NCBI GenBank assembly: GCA_951406725.2
Contig: OX597820.1
Location: forward strand, 43,896,001-43,960,000
Reading direction: 5' to 3'
Length of the DNA stretch: 64,000 bases
Source: Octopus vulgaris
Taxonomy: Eukaryota
Part shown: piece after piece, positions 42,063-56,531 of the stretch
Numbering within the stretch: position 1 is the stretch's first letter
Layout: every line of letters starts with the position of its first letter
The notes under the pieces: model-generated
Seen by the model: only the letters and a program-made list of their open reading frames with translations
Databases searched by the model: none
Told to the model about the DNA's origin: nothing
Translations under genes and position numbers: made by a program

Positions 42063-42210
42063 TGATGAGTCTCTTTCAGTTTCCGTCCATCAAATCCTCT
42101 CAGAAGGTTTTGGTCGGTTATAGTAGAAGACACTTACCCAAGGTGCCTCACTAAACCCGGAACCATGTGGTTGGGAAGTAAACTTCTTACTGCACAACTC
42201 ACGCCTGTGT
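41790..42210 (-). mobile_element. SINE family B with internal (GATA)n
   Basis: Tail 41790-41960, (GATA)n 41971-42062, head 42063-42210. Confidence 0.8.
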
Positions 42211-44841
42211 TTCCCTAAAACCAGGAGAAATCCCGCTTTACGTTCTGAGTTCAAATTTTGCTGAGGCTGACTTCACCTTTCTTCTTTTTGAGGTTGATAA
42301 ATTAAGTACGAGTTCAGCATGGACGTCGATGTAATAATCATCACCTCTGCTTTCCACCTTGATTTCAGGCTTTGAGTCAAGAGCAAAACGAATTATTATA
42401 TTGTAAACGGCGTCAGAGTGAACAGTGCCAAACTAAACGTCAGTTTGAATCCCAGAATAAGAAGGAACTAATGAAGATCTCTGATTTACCGACAGTAACA
42501 TGAAACCAAAAGAAGAATTCGTGGGATGCTGAAATAATTTGTAACAGTGAGAAGTAGAAAATATATCGCTTAGGTCTCTTGGCCTTCTGCAGAAAGCAGA
42601 AGACGAAACGACCGTACAGAAGCAAGTGTCGGATTTTGGTATTACCTCGTTACAGTTTTTTTCACCTCGTATCGCATTCGATTTCCATATTTATCATATT
42701 TTCGTTGTATATACATAGCATTATGGAAAAGTGAATTCTATCAACGATACAGTCTTCTATACGATAGAATACAAACCTGGTGTAGTTTAAGTATTTAGAG
42801 TTTGTTTTGCGACTATGGTATTTCAGGGTCACTTCCATGGCGGATAACTTTGGTCAAACGTTTTCCACAACAGCCTTAGATGAATAAAACATTCAGTGAG
42901 ATCCAAATTTAGTAGTGAGAACCTATATAGAATTTTGTTAGCGAAATTGCTTCTGTTCTTTAATGTTAGATTTGACCTATCACTCAGTTTGATTACTACC
43001 TGGCTGTAGGGTCGGTGACTTTAGCTCTGTTACACGTCTTCCGGCAAGATCTCCGGTTTCTCGGTAATGTCCTTCATTTTACCAATTTATTTCGGGGTCT
43101 TGAAATAGGTTATAGTTGTGTCACTCTTTCCCTGGCCAATTCATAAAAGAAAATTGAACTTGTGCCTTGTAAGAGAAATAAATTTTATTTCTTAAAACTT
43201 TTTCTTATATTTCATTAGAAAACTAATATTGGGCATTTGTGATATTGTATTTTTAGTGTAACAACATTTCTCTAAATAGATAAATATACTATTATGTACT
43301 GTGTCATATGTAATGCATTCTTTCCAGACTGCCTTGAGTTACTAATGCTGTTGATAATGATAAACATCTATTTAATCATATTAGGTAATTACAACAATAC
43401 TACATTGATACATCACACTCCTTTATCTGCGTCCGCTTCATAGATTGATATCCGTTTGCAATAAATTAGCATTAGGTGTTTGATAAAACAAAATTGATAG
43501 ATCTAAAGTAAAAGGATGTGTTATATATTACCGACTAACATATTATTGATTATATTGATTTCATTGTTAAATTTAAATTTCACGCACTTAGCCCCAAATT
43601 GAATGCCAATAGGGCATTTTGAATAAGAAGATATATTTGAAGATAATAAACTACAGTTGTTTGATTTAATACTTACTGTTACTATCATGCTTAGTACTAG
43701 CTACTACTATCAAAAGCTAGATAAATGTAAACTGTTTCAAATGTCCCAAAACGGATGTCAACTGATAAAGCAATAAATATAACTGGGATCTTTTCTATTT
43801 CTACCATGTAGAAATCTATCAACTTCTACAAAATAGCAGAATCCATTTGCCTGTAAATGCAGAGCCTACATGCGTCGTTGGCAATTTCTATTTTCATGTA
43901 CAAGTACCTGAGCTAGGTGCTTAACGCAAAATTCATGTATTTCAATTTAATTCTTACTGGAGCCTTTACAGAACGTTTTATAAGGAGGGCAAATGAAATA
44001 ATTCTCTAAAGTACATAATTATCCTTACAATTCTCTGACAGATAACGAACCAGTGTTAATACACTTTCTGTCCAAAACTATTTACCAGCTTGCAATGCAA
44101 AATGCATTTCATTACATTCTTTAAAGAGCTAAATGCAAAAGCTTTATTCCATTTCATTGTGTGTACACATAATTATTTCATTTACTTATTTAATGGTATA
44201 ACGTCTTCAAAACTTATACTATTATAATTTCGATTTTCCTTTAAATGTTTCTACATGTCAACTGTGCATTCATAGCGGTGTGTTTAAGAAATTTGCTTTC
44301 CACACACGTGATTCCGGTTTTGACTACACTGTGTGGTTCGTTGGACGAGTGCCTTCGGGTTAGGAAATACTTTGCGAATTGGATTTGGAAGACTGATACT
44401 GTGCTGGAACAGATGTATGTATGTTGTGAACGTATGCTTGTGAGTTTATGCATGTATGTGTGCGTTTGTGTGTGCGTGTGACGCGTGTGTGAAATACGTT
44501 AGAACGTTGAGAAAATATAAACCGGTGAAAGGTAAGTAAAAGAAGTAGTTAGAAAAGTTAGTTCGTGCCTTTCATTTCGGTTCTGCCTTTGATGGTAAAT
44601 GAGGATGGCTTCCTTGAGCTCGATTTTCCCAAAAGCATCCAAAACATAGATGTATATTTTTGAAGAGGATTAAGTCAGAAATACCTGTTTAATAATTTGG
44701 TTGTTTGCAATTTGACAAAATTCATTGGAATAGCTATAGACTTTTCGTTCTGATACGTATTTATTTCCAAGCCTAAAAAAAATTAACGCATCTCATAACA
44801 TTTTTTTTTTATCCACTCCACCTGTAACGCGGATTATTCCT

Positions 44842-44926
<85 letters not shown>

Positions 44927-45298
44927 CACACATATGTGTGTGCGTGTGTGTATCTGTCTATCTATCTATCTATATATATTATATATGGTTCTAATCCAGA
45001 AACGAATTTTCGTCTATAATTTATCCAAATGGGCTGTGATTTCGTTATTTTCTTTCTTTTTGCCATATACGGGTTGCAAATTCTGATTGTTTGTGGAGAC
45101 TTTTTTACTAGTAGGAGAAATGGTGACCTATTTGGCTGCCATTTCTAATATTTTCGGTATGTGGTTTTGAGCAACTTGTTGCAATTAACCCTTTATTCTA
45201 ATTAATATAATCCTTACCAAATATGGTCTTTTCCATACCGATAAAACTACTAGGTGAAATTCATTAATTTTATTAAATTAATTATATTTCACCCTTTT

Positions 45299-45342
<44 letters not shown>

Positions 45343-45439
45343 TATTTGCATACATGCATACCGAGCTACGTAAATATATATATATATATATACATGAACG
45401 GTTCTTCTTGCGTATGCGAATCTATGTGTGTCAGGGGGA

Positions 45440-45473
<34 letters not shown>

Positions 45474-47130
45474 CAGAGAGACAGAGAGAGCCATAGAGAG
45501 AGAGAGCCAGAGAGAAAGAGAGACAGAGAGAGCGCGTGAATGTTTGCGTGCTGCACACAGAACTTGCTTCGTAAGTAAAACTTTAAGATAAAATTGTTTT
45601 CTCTTTTTCTCTCGTTCTCTCACCCCTTCCATGTCTTTGTTTTCAACTTGCTCTCTCTCTCTCTCTCTCTTTAACCCCCACCCTTTCTCCCTCAGATCTT
45701 TCCATTTTGAGTTAACTGACGTTCCACTTCCAAACACACTAAAAGACTTCTAATCTATTTTTCATAGGTTTTTATATCTTGTGTTTATTAGGTGTAATGT
45801 CAACACCTCGCTAATGCAACAGTCATAATGACCAGGGGTCCTTCGTCGATTCCTGTAGAAACTCCTTTGTTGATTCTCGTAGAGGTTACCTCGCTTGATC
45901 GATAAACTGGATCTCTCTCTTTGCTTCTTGCTAGTTGTTCGTGGTTCAAAGCTTAAAACAGCATGCCATATTAGAATCAAACAAACGGAAGATGTTGGAA
46001 GAGAAGAATAAAGGAAACCTGCGAGAACTGATCTTACAGCAAATGTTGGTTTTTATCTCAGAAAATAGAGGTGAAAGAACTGCATTAGAAAGCGCAATGA
46101 ATATGAACTGCTTCATATTAAATCCTACATTGTAGGTTATTAAAAAGATTTGCCGCATCTGATTTCATGATGGGAATATTCAGAAGATAGGAATTATGCA
46201 AATATTTTCAACATGAAAGATGATTTTATTGAAAATATTACATCTAGAAAAGAAAAAAACAACTTATTACATGTTAGAGATCGGGAAAGGGGCTCGATAG
46301 AGCGAGAGATGTTTAGGAAGTGAAGGAAAGGAATGAAGAGGGGTGGAATGGAAAACAAAAAGACAGAAGGTAATTTTATAAACTGGAGAAAAATTACATA
46401 GTGACGTAAAAGAACGTAGGGGAGTAGGTGGAGTAAAAGTGATGGAGGTGGACTAATAACTATGGAAGGATAAGTTATAAGAAACATTGGCATTATGCAG
46501 AGAGAAATGGGGAGGGGGAAATAGAGGTTGTTATGAAAACAAGAAGAAGAAAAAACAAAGAGAGTGAATAATAAGAATAATATACATAAATTGAAAGGAA
46601 GATATTCATAGAGAATGAGAGCGCAATGTATAAATATATACAAGGATATATATGTACATGTATATATGTATGTATGTATATATATATATATATATATATA
46701 TAAACATATAAGTTTATATTTCATTATATTGGTGTTTGTGTATATATATATATATATATTCTGTATGTAAATGCATTTACGTATATGCTTGTGTGTATCT
46801 TATATAGTTATGTGCGCAGCGAGAGAGGGGGGAGAGATGGAGAGAGGGTGAGGGAGAGGAGGAGGAGAAGGGGAGGGAGAGAGAAAGTGGGGATCGGGTT
46901 TGTTAGAGGAGAAAGTAATAAAGAGTATAGAACAACTAACAGAACAGAAGTTGGAAAGAAGCAAAAAAAAAAGCAGAGAAGGAAAGAAAGAAAAGAAGAA
47001 GAGGAGACAAACCTACTGCGAAAAGTAAGAGCAAATTTACAGCAAAATCGAAGACATGGAAAAGAAGAGTTTATGGGTAGAGTGAGATGAATAAGGAGAG
47101 GCAACTGGTTCATTGGAAGACAAGAGAGCA

Positions 47131-47176
47131 ATGAAAAGCCAAACTATTTTTATAACTGGTTGCTTAACTTTTATAG
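47131..47176 (+). CDS. Candidate first coding exon, signal-peptide-like (MKSQTIFITGCLTFI-G, phase-1 intron)
   Basis: GCAATGA start context, 46 nt, donor ATAG|GTAATA. No downstream partner exon found in the window. Confidence 0.25.
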
Positions 47177-47504
47177 GTAATATATTAAGTAAAATGCATC
47201 TTAAGGAGATTGAGGAAACTATGGTTGTATGTGCGAAGGAGCAAAACCGTTGAGGAAGTTGCTCCGTTTGCTTTGTTTGAATCTCGTTGTTGTTTGTTGT
47301 ATTATATTGATGTTGTCTTACACCCTATTATTGCTATTGTTGTTGTTGTTGTTGCTGTTGTTGATGTTCTTGTTGTTGTTAATGTCGTGTTATTGCTATA
47401 TTTTTTTTAGCTTATTTTCATTTATTTTTTGATGTAGCTTGTTTCTTTGGATTTTCTTTTTGCAAGTGCGTCTGTGCCTGTTCGTGCGAATGTGTTTTCG
47501 TTTC

Positions 47505-47576
<72 letters not shown>

Positions 47577-48055
47577 CGTGTGTGTGTGTTTGTGTGTGTG
47601 TGTGTGTCTTTCTGTGCTTCTGTGAGTTCGTGTGCTCGCGCGCACGTGTGTGTGTGTGTGCGTGCGTGCGTATGCTATTCTCTGTTCCCTTGTTCTGAAT
47701 TAGAAACGAACGAAAGACGATATTTTTTGAAGTAGTTAGATGTAAAAGGGAGATGAAGAAAGGAAGGGATTGGGGAACAAAGGAAGAGGAGGTGAGAGAG
47801 AGAGGGGGGAGGAGAAATGAAGGATGCATGTGCCAGAGAAAGAAAAAGAAAAAACGATGTTGTGGAGGGAAAAGTTTTTGGGGCTCTTTTTGTCGAATTT
47901 CTGACATACGATGACAGAGAAAGAAAAAAATATACAGCAGGGTCGTTTGTTTCACGAGAAAATAATTGGAAATCTCTTAAAGGTTACTATACGTCTATTG
48001 TCATACAAATACATTACACACGCGCGCACACACACACACAATCACACACGCACAG

Positions 48056-48871
<816 letters not shown>

Positions 48872-50399
48872 GGAAGCATATGCATGTGTATATGGATAAA
48901 AATATCTGTATATGTATGTCTGAGTATTTGTGAGTGTGTGTGTGTGTGTGTGTGCATGTGGATGCGTTCATGTGCGTGAGTGTACGAATTTGTATGTGCA
49001 TACTCATGTGTGACTTTTAATGTTTAAATTTTTGACTGTGTCCGAGTTAAGATCTTTTTCTTGTTTTATCTAATATTTATTTATTATTTATTTATTTTCC
49101 TAGCCCTTAAGAAAGAACAAATGTCTGTTTTCCTCTCTTTATTTCCTTTTCTCTTTCCATCAACCACCAGTTCGATTATTTGATCCCATTTCGTTGCATT
49201 CACTTATTTCTACCTACTCCTCCTCCTCCTCCTCCTCCTTTTTCTTCGTTTACTTCCCCTTTTTCTCGTCCTCCTTCCTCCTTCCTCCTCCTCAGTTTTT
49301 CTTCTTCCTCATCTTTCTTTCCTCCTCCTTCTTTTCTTTTACTTTTGTTATAACTACTGATACTAATCTTGCAAATTTCACAACTATCACCAGACAATTG
49401 CAGCTACTTTCACTACTGCTACTGCCACGACGACCACCGCCGCCACCCCCGTCGCCATATTAGTACTACTACTACCACCACCACGACGGCGATGACCACG
49501 GCAACGACGATAACCACGACAACGACAACGACGACTACTACTACTACTACTACTGCTACTACTACTATTTCTACTACTACTACTAATACTACTACTATTA
49601 CTACTACTACTACTACTACTATTTCTACTACTACTACTACTACTTTTAGTGTTAATAATAGTTATGTTTACACATTTGCCTCACCTTTGTTTATTTCTTT
49701 TCACCAGCCTCACCCGACCATTCATCATTCCTCACAAAAACTTAGCACACACTTCCGTCACACACACACACACACATGCACACACATACATACACAGACG
49801 CGCATACGGATGCACACGAACACGGTTGCTAACAACACATGCAAGTATCTTTGCGCATAAACGCTCACTAACAACGCATCGTCACAAACATATTTACATA
49901 CATATATACGCGCCATAACTTAACACTTCGTTCTTTGTTGCTTTTTTGTTTATTTGTTATTCGTTTCCCTATTTTTTTTTTTTTTTTTTTTGGGCAAGAA
50001 GGAATTGTTAGGCGAAGTGTATAGCAGCAATAATTACAGAGCTCGGATAAGTAATGCATCAATACAGATGGTACCTTATCTTGCTACCAGCTTTGCGTTC
50101 TGGCAAGAGAATTGCATTGCTAACAGAACCCGGAGATTGAAGTACGATATACGCGCTCGCATGATGCAGGTATTCGAGTGCGTATCAGCCTGCGTACGCA
50201 TATATGTGTGAGCGCCTGCGTATGTGTTTGTGTGGGTGAAGAAGAGAGAGAGAGAAAGAAACAGAGAAAGTGTGTGTGTTTGTGTGTGTGTATGTGTGTG
50301 TGTGGTGTGTTCAATCGAAATGAGATAGGATATAATAGGTATTGTTGTCACTTAAAGATGTTTATGGATATGCATGTATATGCGTATATCTACTATCAT

Positions 50400-50768
<369 letters not shown>

Positions 50769-51778
50769 TATACATAGATATTTACGCACAGAAATAAATA
50801 TATGTATAGAAATACATATATAATAAGTATAAAAGTATATATATAATCTACGCTTATACGTGTGGGTGTACACAAACCCTCCATCCATACGTACATACAT
50901 TCACACATGTGTATCGTTCTATTTAGATACATTATAAACAAGTTTTAAGCCTAAGCCTAATCCTCTCCTCTTAAATATGGCTGCCAACATTTGCATGGAT
51001 TCATTTACACTGACTAAAGATCTGTATTACAAGAACCGGCAAAAACAAATTTGCCATTTTAACAACTTCTTAATCTCCCTAATTTCCAACTAATCCACTG
51101 CGTTTATCCGTTTCTTTCTATCATTTGATTTGTACTTGTTTTTGTTTTTGTACTGTTTCTGAGATGATTTTCTTCGTATCTGTTTCTCTGTGTGTGTAAA
51201 TGTGTTGTTTGTTTGCATATATGTTCTCTTATATATATGTGTGTGTTTATGCTTGTACACATGTGTGTGTGCGAGAGAGACAGAGAGAGAGAGCGAGAGT
51301 GTGTGTATGTGTGTGTTCGAAAATACTCATAGCGCTGTTAGTTAATCATTTAACTTGTTAAATGCAACGAAAATTTGTATGACAAGATTAATTTTCTCGA
51401 GAGGATTAGTTACTATTAACTTGTATTTAGTACAATAAGTTAGCAAAATGAATCAGCAACGAACTTAAATATTTCTCGCAGTATTTAGTTTTAGTTTCCA
51501 TGCTCTGCGATCCGGGTTCAAACTGTTCTCGGATCGATATTTCATTTTTTCTAAGCCCGATAAAGTGGTATTCGTATTGCATGTCATGCGTAAGACTAGC
51601 AATGTTACAGTGAAAAGGGAGGAAAAAAAGGCAAACGAAGTGGGTGGGGGCCTCCACCTCAGAGTGGAATGACGTTTTCTGGTCAAAACCATTTTAGAGA
51701 AAAAGAGATGGGGAGAGATGGAAGCTAGCGAAAAGCATTGCCCACGACAGGAGGGCTATTCAACAATGGCAGCAGCGA

Positions 51779-51838
<60 letters not shown>

Positions 51839-51878
51839 ATTTAAGCCCAATACTGAGGGTTGTGGGTTTCTTGGTACC

Positions 51879-52320
51879 TATTTCTTTACTACCCTCAAGG
51901 GGCCAAACACAGAGAGGACAAACAAGGACAGACAGACAGATTAAGTCGATTATATCGACCCCAGTGCGTAACTGGTACTTATTTAATCGACCCCGAACGG
52001 ATGAAAGGCAAAGTCGACTCAGAACGTAACAGCAGACGAAATACCTATTTCTTTATTACCTACAAGGGGCTAAACACAGAGGGGACAAACAAGGACAGAC
52101 ATAGGTATTAAGTCGATTACATCGACCCCAGTGCGTATCTGGAACTTAATTTATCGACCCCGAAAGGATGAAAGGCAAAGTCGACCTCGGCGGAATTTGA
52201 ACTCAGAACGTAGCGGCAGACGAAATACCGCAAAGCATTTCGCCCAGCGTGCTAACGTTTCTGCCAGCTCGCAGACGAAATACCGCTAAGCATTCCGCTC
52301 GGCGTGCTAACGTTTCTGCC
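51879..52320 (-). mobile_element. Family A SINE with a younger copy nested in its head, flanked by a 14-bp TSD
   Basis: GCAGACGAAATACC at 52032-52045 and 52271-52284 flanks a near-full-length copy at 52046-52270. The rest of the host head lies at 52285-52320. Confidence 0.88.
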
Positions 52321-52615
52321 ATCAAACCCAATACGTTACTGTTACTTCATCTTATTGACTCCGGACGAATCGAAGACAAAGCTGACCTCAGAAAGGCAAG
52401 ATTATACAAATACCGCAAAGCATTCTATTCTGCTGCTGTAACGATTCTATAAATCCACCACCACTGTCAACATACTGGAATCGTACTTTTATCGGGATTT
52501 TTACGTTATATCAAATCCTTTGAGTTACACCAATTCTTATTCTAAAGTAAAAATTTCATTAAATTTTATTTCAGTTGTTATTGGGAAGAAATCCTGCTAA
52601 ATAGTTAATATGTTA

Positions 52616-53025
52616 TATTCTCTTTTACTCTTTTACTTGTTTCGGTCATTTGACCGAGGCCATGATGGAGCACCGCCTTTAGTCGAGCAAATCGACACCA
52701 GGACTTATTCTTTGTAAGTCTAGAACTTATTCTATTAGCATCTTTTGCCGAACAGCTAAGTTACGGGTACGTAAACACACCAGCGTTGATTCTCAAGCGA
52801 TGTTGGCGGGGCACAAATACAAACACACAAACATATACAAACACATACATATATATATACACATATATACGACGGGCTTCTTTCAGTTTCCGCCTACCAA
52901 ATCCACTCCCAAGGTTTTGGTCGGCCCGAGGCTATAGTAGAAGACACTTGCCCAAGGTGTCATGCTGTGGGACTGAAGCTGGAACCATGTGGTTCATAAG
53001 CAAGCTACTTACCACACGGCCATTC
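52616..53025 (-). mobile_element. SINE family B, near full length and well preserved
   Basis: Tail (TCTTTTAC)2TTGTTTCGGTCATTTGAC, short internal CA/TA tract, head ending CTTACCACACGGCC. Confidence 0.88.
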
Positions 53026-53677
53026 ATACACCTTTAATTTTGTTTTAATATTGCTGTTGTCGTTGTTGCCGTTGCAGTGGCGGCGGTGGCAGCCGCGGCG
53101 ATTATTGTTTAGTCGTCCCAACCATCTTTTATCACGCAACATTGTAATCTTAGGCCTTCCGCCGTGACCAAGTTCTTTTCCTTTCTGTTTTTTTACTCAT
53201 TTGATTTTATATGAACCCCAATCAAGAAGTAGATTTAAAACTCAGAAATGTCCGGAGATTCAATCAGGCTATAGTGATTATCAGTTCCTAATATATTCTA
53301 TCCTCTGAGTTGTGCTATTTAACTAACAAAGAAACTAAATTCCCACTGTTTGTGTCCATCGAGTTCTAAAACCGGAGTAAGCTAAACGTAGCGGAAATCT
53401 TGTAAAATAGATATGCCGCGTAAACGGTATACGAAACCTTTTTGTTTACATATAAATCATTTCCAAATTGATGTTCACAAACCTTCATAGTCTTGTACAC
53501 ATATTTCAACAAAAGCCTAGGACTATTTTTCTTTGAATTATTTGATGAGAGATTTTTCTTTTAATGTTCTGCTTTATAACATAATTGATCAGAGGATAAA
53601 GGGCACACGTCCTTCGCCATTTTCAGGAACTCTCGGGTTAGTGGAATGTAGAATCCTGTGACTAAAGTCATTACCCA

Positions 53678-53830
53678 AATAATCCTTTCTACTATAGGTA
53701 CAAGGCCTGAAATTTGGGGTGGGAGTTTATCGTTTACAGTGCTCAACTGGTACTTATTTCATCGTCTCTGAAAGGATGATAGTTGACTTTATTGGAATTT
53801 GAACTAGGAACGTATAGACGGGAGAAATTT
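53678..53830 (-). mobile_element. Family A SINE fragment
   Basis: CTTTCTACTATAGGTACAAGGCCTGAAATTT..CTGGTACTTATTTCATCG..AAAGGATG..GAATTTGAACT. Confidence 0.75.
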
Positions 53831-55075
53831 TCACTGGTAGCCATTCACACAATGTATTAAGCAACATTACATAAATATTTCGGCTGGCATGGGAATATCT
53901 CAAAAATGTTATACATAACGCTAGATTCGTTCAACATCAACTTCCATTATAAATAAATTTCTAATAAAAAAGAACTCTGTGAATACATAGACATGGTTCT
54001 GTGCTTAACAAGTGAGCTTCGCAGGCTACACGATCCGAGTTCGAAAACGTTCTAGGAAAACCAAACATATATCTGGTGTTGTCAGCTTGACTGCCAATCT
54101 GCAGTTAGCCCTAGAGGAAGATGGAAATATATTTGGCCTCATGAGTGCACTACCTTTAAAAACACACAGTGGTTGGGTCCTAATAACTTAGTGCCTATTG
54201 TATATGTGTTTCTAAGTAATATCCTATTTTTGTGTCCTAATTAGATATGAACGTCGAAATTTAACATACTAAAATAACTTCTTTTGCCTTTTTTTTAAAT
54301 TTAAATTCATGATAAGTCTTATAGGTTGAAGATGACAAAGTATTAAAGAAGTTCGTTTCCTAAATTCGAACCCATTGCGTGGTATCTTCGGTAAGTACCA
54401 TTTTCTATTGAGTCTATACATACTTTGTGAGTGATGTTAGGTAGACGGAAACTGAAAAGAATCCCAGTGGATTGTTCCAGTAATCGAAAAGGTACAGCTT
54501 TGTCACACATTGTGTCATACTCATTTTGACTGGGAATTACATTAAGGGTACCTAAGGGTCTGTGGAATACTCAACTACTTGCTCATTAATACAGGTACGC
54601 GTTATTCAGTTGATGAAATGACCAAATCCCTATCATCAAATGACGGAGACTACATACACACTCCCATCCAACCCCCCCCCTCACACACACACACACCTGG
54701 GGTTTTTTTGGCAAGTTTTATTTCAGTGTTCCCTGGATTCTGACTTTATTACCTGCTGAGGTCAAATCCGCCTTTCAAGTCTTGAGAGATCGATGAAAAA
54801 TGCAGTGGATTGACAGAGCTGTAAAAACACTGAACAGGATGCTTTGCAGCACTTGTTCCAGCCCTTTACCTTCTAAATTCTATTGGGGGCTATGGCATAA
54901 TCCGTCCCCGGGTTGAAGACGCCACCCGGCATTCGGACCAGTTTTGCGATTTCAACATACCTTCTTACTTTCCTCCGACCAATCTCAAAGCCTTTGTATG
55001 GGGTCATAAACACTACATGATTTCCTAACTAAAAGATAAAAAAAAAATACTTGGACCGTTACTTCTCATAAGAAT

Positions 55076-55713
55076 ATTGGTTTCAAATTTGGGCACAAAG
55101 CCAGCAGTTTTTTCTTTTTTTCGCGGAGTAAGTCGATGATATCGACGCCAGTCTTCTACTGGTACTTATTTTATTGACCTCAGAAGGATGAATGACAAAG
55201 TCGACCATATCGGAATTTGAAGCCAGAGCATAAAGACGAACGAAATGCCGCCAAGCATTTTGCCCGATGTGCTAATAATCGTGTCAGCTCGCCGCCTTAT
55301 TTCTAATAAGAATATTGATTTCAAATTCTGGTACAAGGCCAGTAAGTTCGGAGTAAGGGATAAGTGGATTACATCGACCTAGTACTCAGCTGCTACTTAT
55401 TTTATCGACCTCGGAAAAATGAAAGGCAATGTCAACCTCAGCGGGATTTGAACCCAGAACGTAAAGGCAGACGAAATGCCTATTTCTTTACTACCCACAA
55501 GGGGCTAAACACAGAGAGGACAAACAAGGACAGACAAACGGATTAAGTCGATTATATTGACTCCAGTGCGTAACTAGTACTTAATTTATCGACCCCGAAA
55601 GGATGAAAAGCAAAGTCGACCTCGGCAGAATTTGAACTGAGAACGTTACGGCAGACGAAATACGGCTACGCATTTCGCCCGGCGTGCTAACGTTTCTGCC
55701 AGCTCGCCGCCTT
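55076..55713 (-). mobile_element. Family A SINE cluster: monomer plus nested dimer
   Basis: Monomer at 55076-55298. Older tail-B unit 55312-55480 joined at CAGACGAAATGCC|TATTTC to a young tail-A unit at 55481-55712. Confidence 0.88.
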
Positions 55714-56500
55714 ATTTCACATAATGAATGTTGCGATTTATTCGAGTGCGGCTTCAGCTATCCTTAGAAAATAAGGATTTATTGGGGGTGAGGAGTGAAA
55801 GACAGGAACAAAACCAGTCGGATGTCAAAACTTAGAATATTCAAAACAACACATTCGCTGCACTAGAAAAAGGCAAAAAGAAAACAAAAAAAACAAACAA
55901 ATATATTCTATAGAAGACATAGCTGAGACTGTGTGACATTCATGGCCTTCTTAATGGGAAGAATGCGAGCAATTGACGTAAATTCACTTTCTACTTGGAT
56001 TAGAAACCGTTTTGTGAACTTAGTTGTAAATCTACCACCCTCAACACATACAGCAAATAATATTTAAATCTGTTCAACGCATTATGGACTGAAATATTCC
56101 ACTCAGGTTATCAAAGGTATTACTCGTTTAGCATTACAGCTAAATTATGGAAATTCAATAACATTAATAGTATATGTATGTTTTGCATATTTACTTTCCT
56201 TTCATACACACTGATCAATTTGCACGTGCGGTAATAAATGTAAATGTGTCTATATGATGAAATCGCTTTATACCTATCGAAATCTTTCATTTCATCTTTA
56301 CTAGGCCCAGCGGTAAAATTACTAAATTGATGTTTCCAATTGGTCAATCAGCCATTTATGTGTCGACGTTCTAATGTTATAAACAGTTAGCTGAAATGAC
56401 AGTATATTAAAAATGTGATTCTATTAGGAAATGTGTATTTGTGTTAGTCTGAGTGTGTAGACTATTTTGTCTATTTTCATAAAGCTTCCCGTTATATATA

Positions 56501-56531
<31 letters not shown>

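Noticed and set aside
49990-50215. 85-aa ORF in unique sequence
   Set aside because: It begins in a poly-T run and has no recognisable motif; more likely non-coding.
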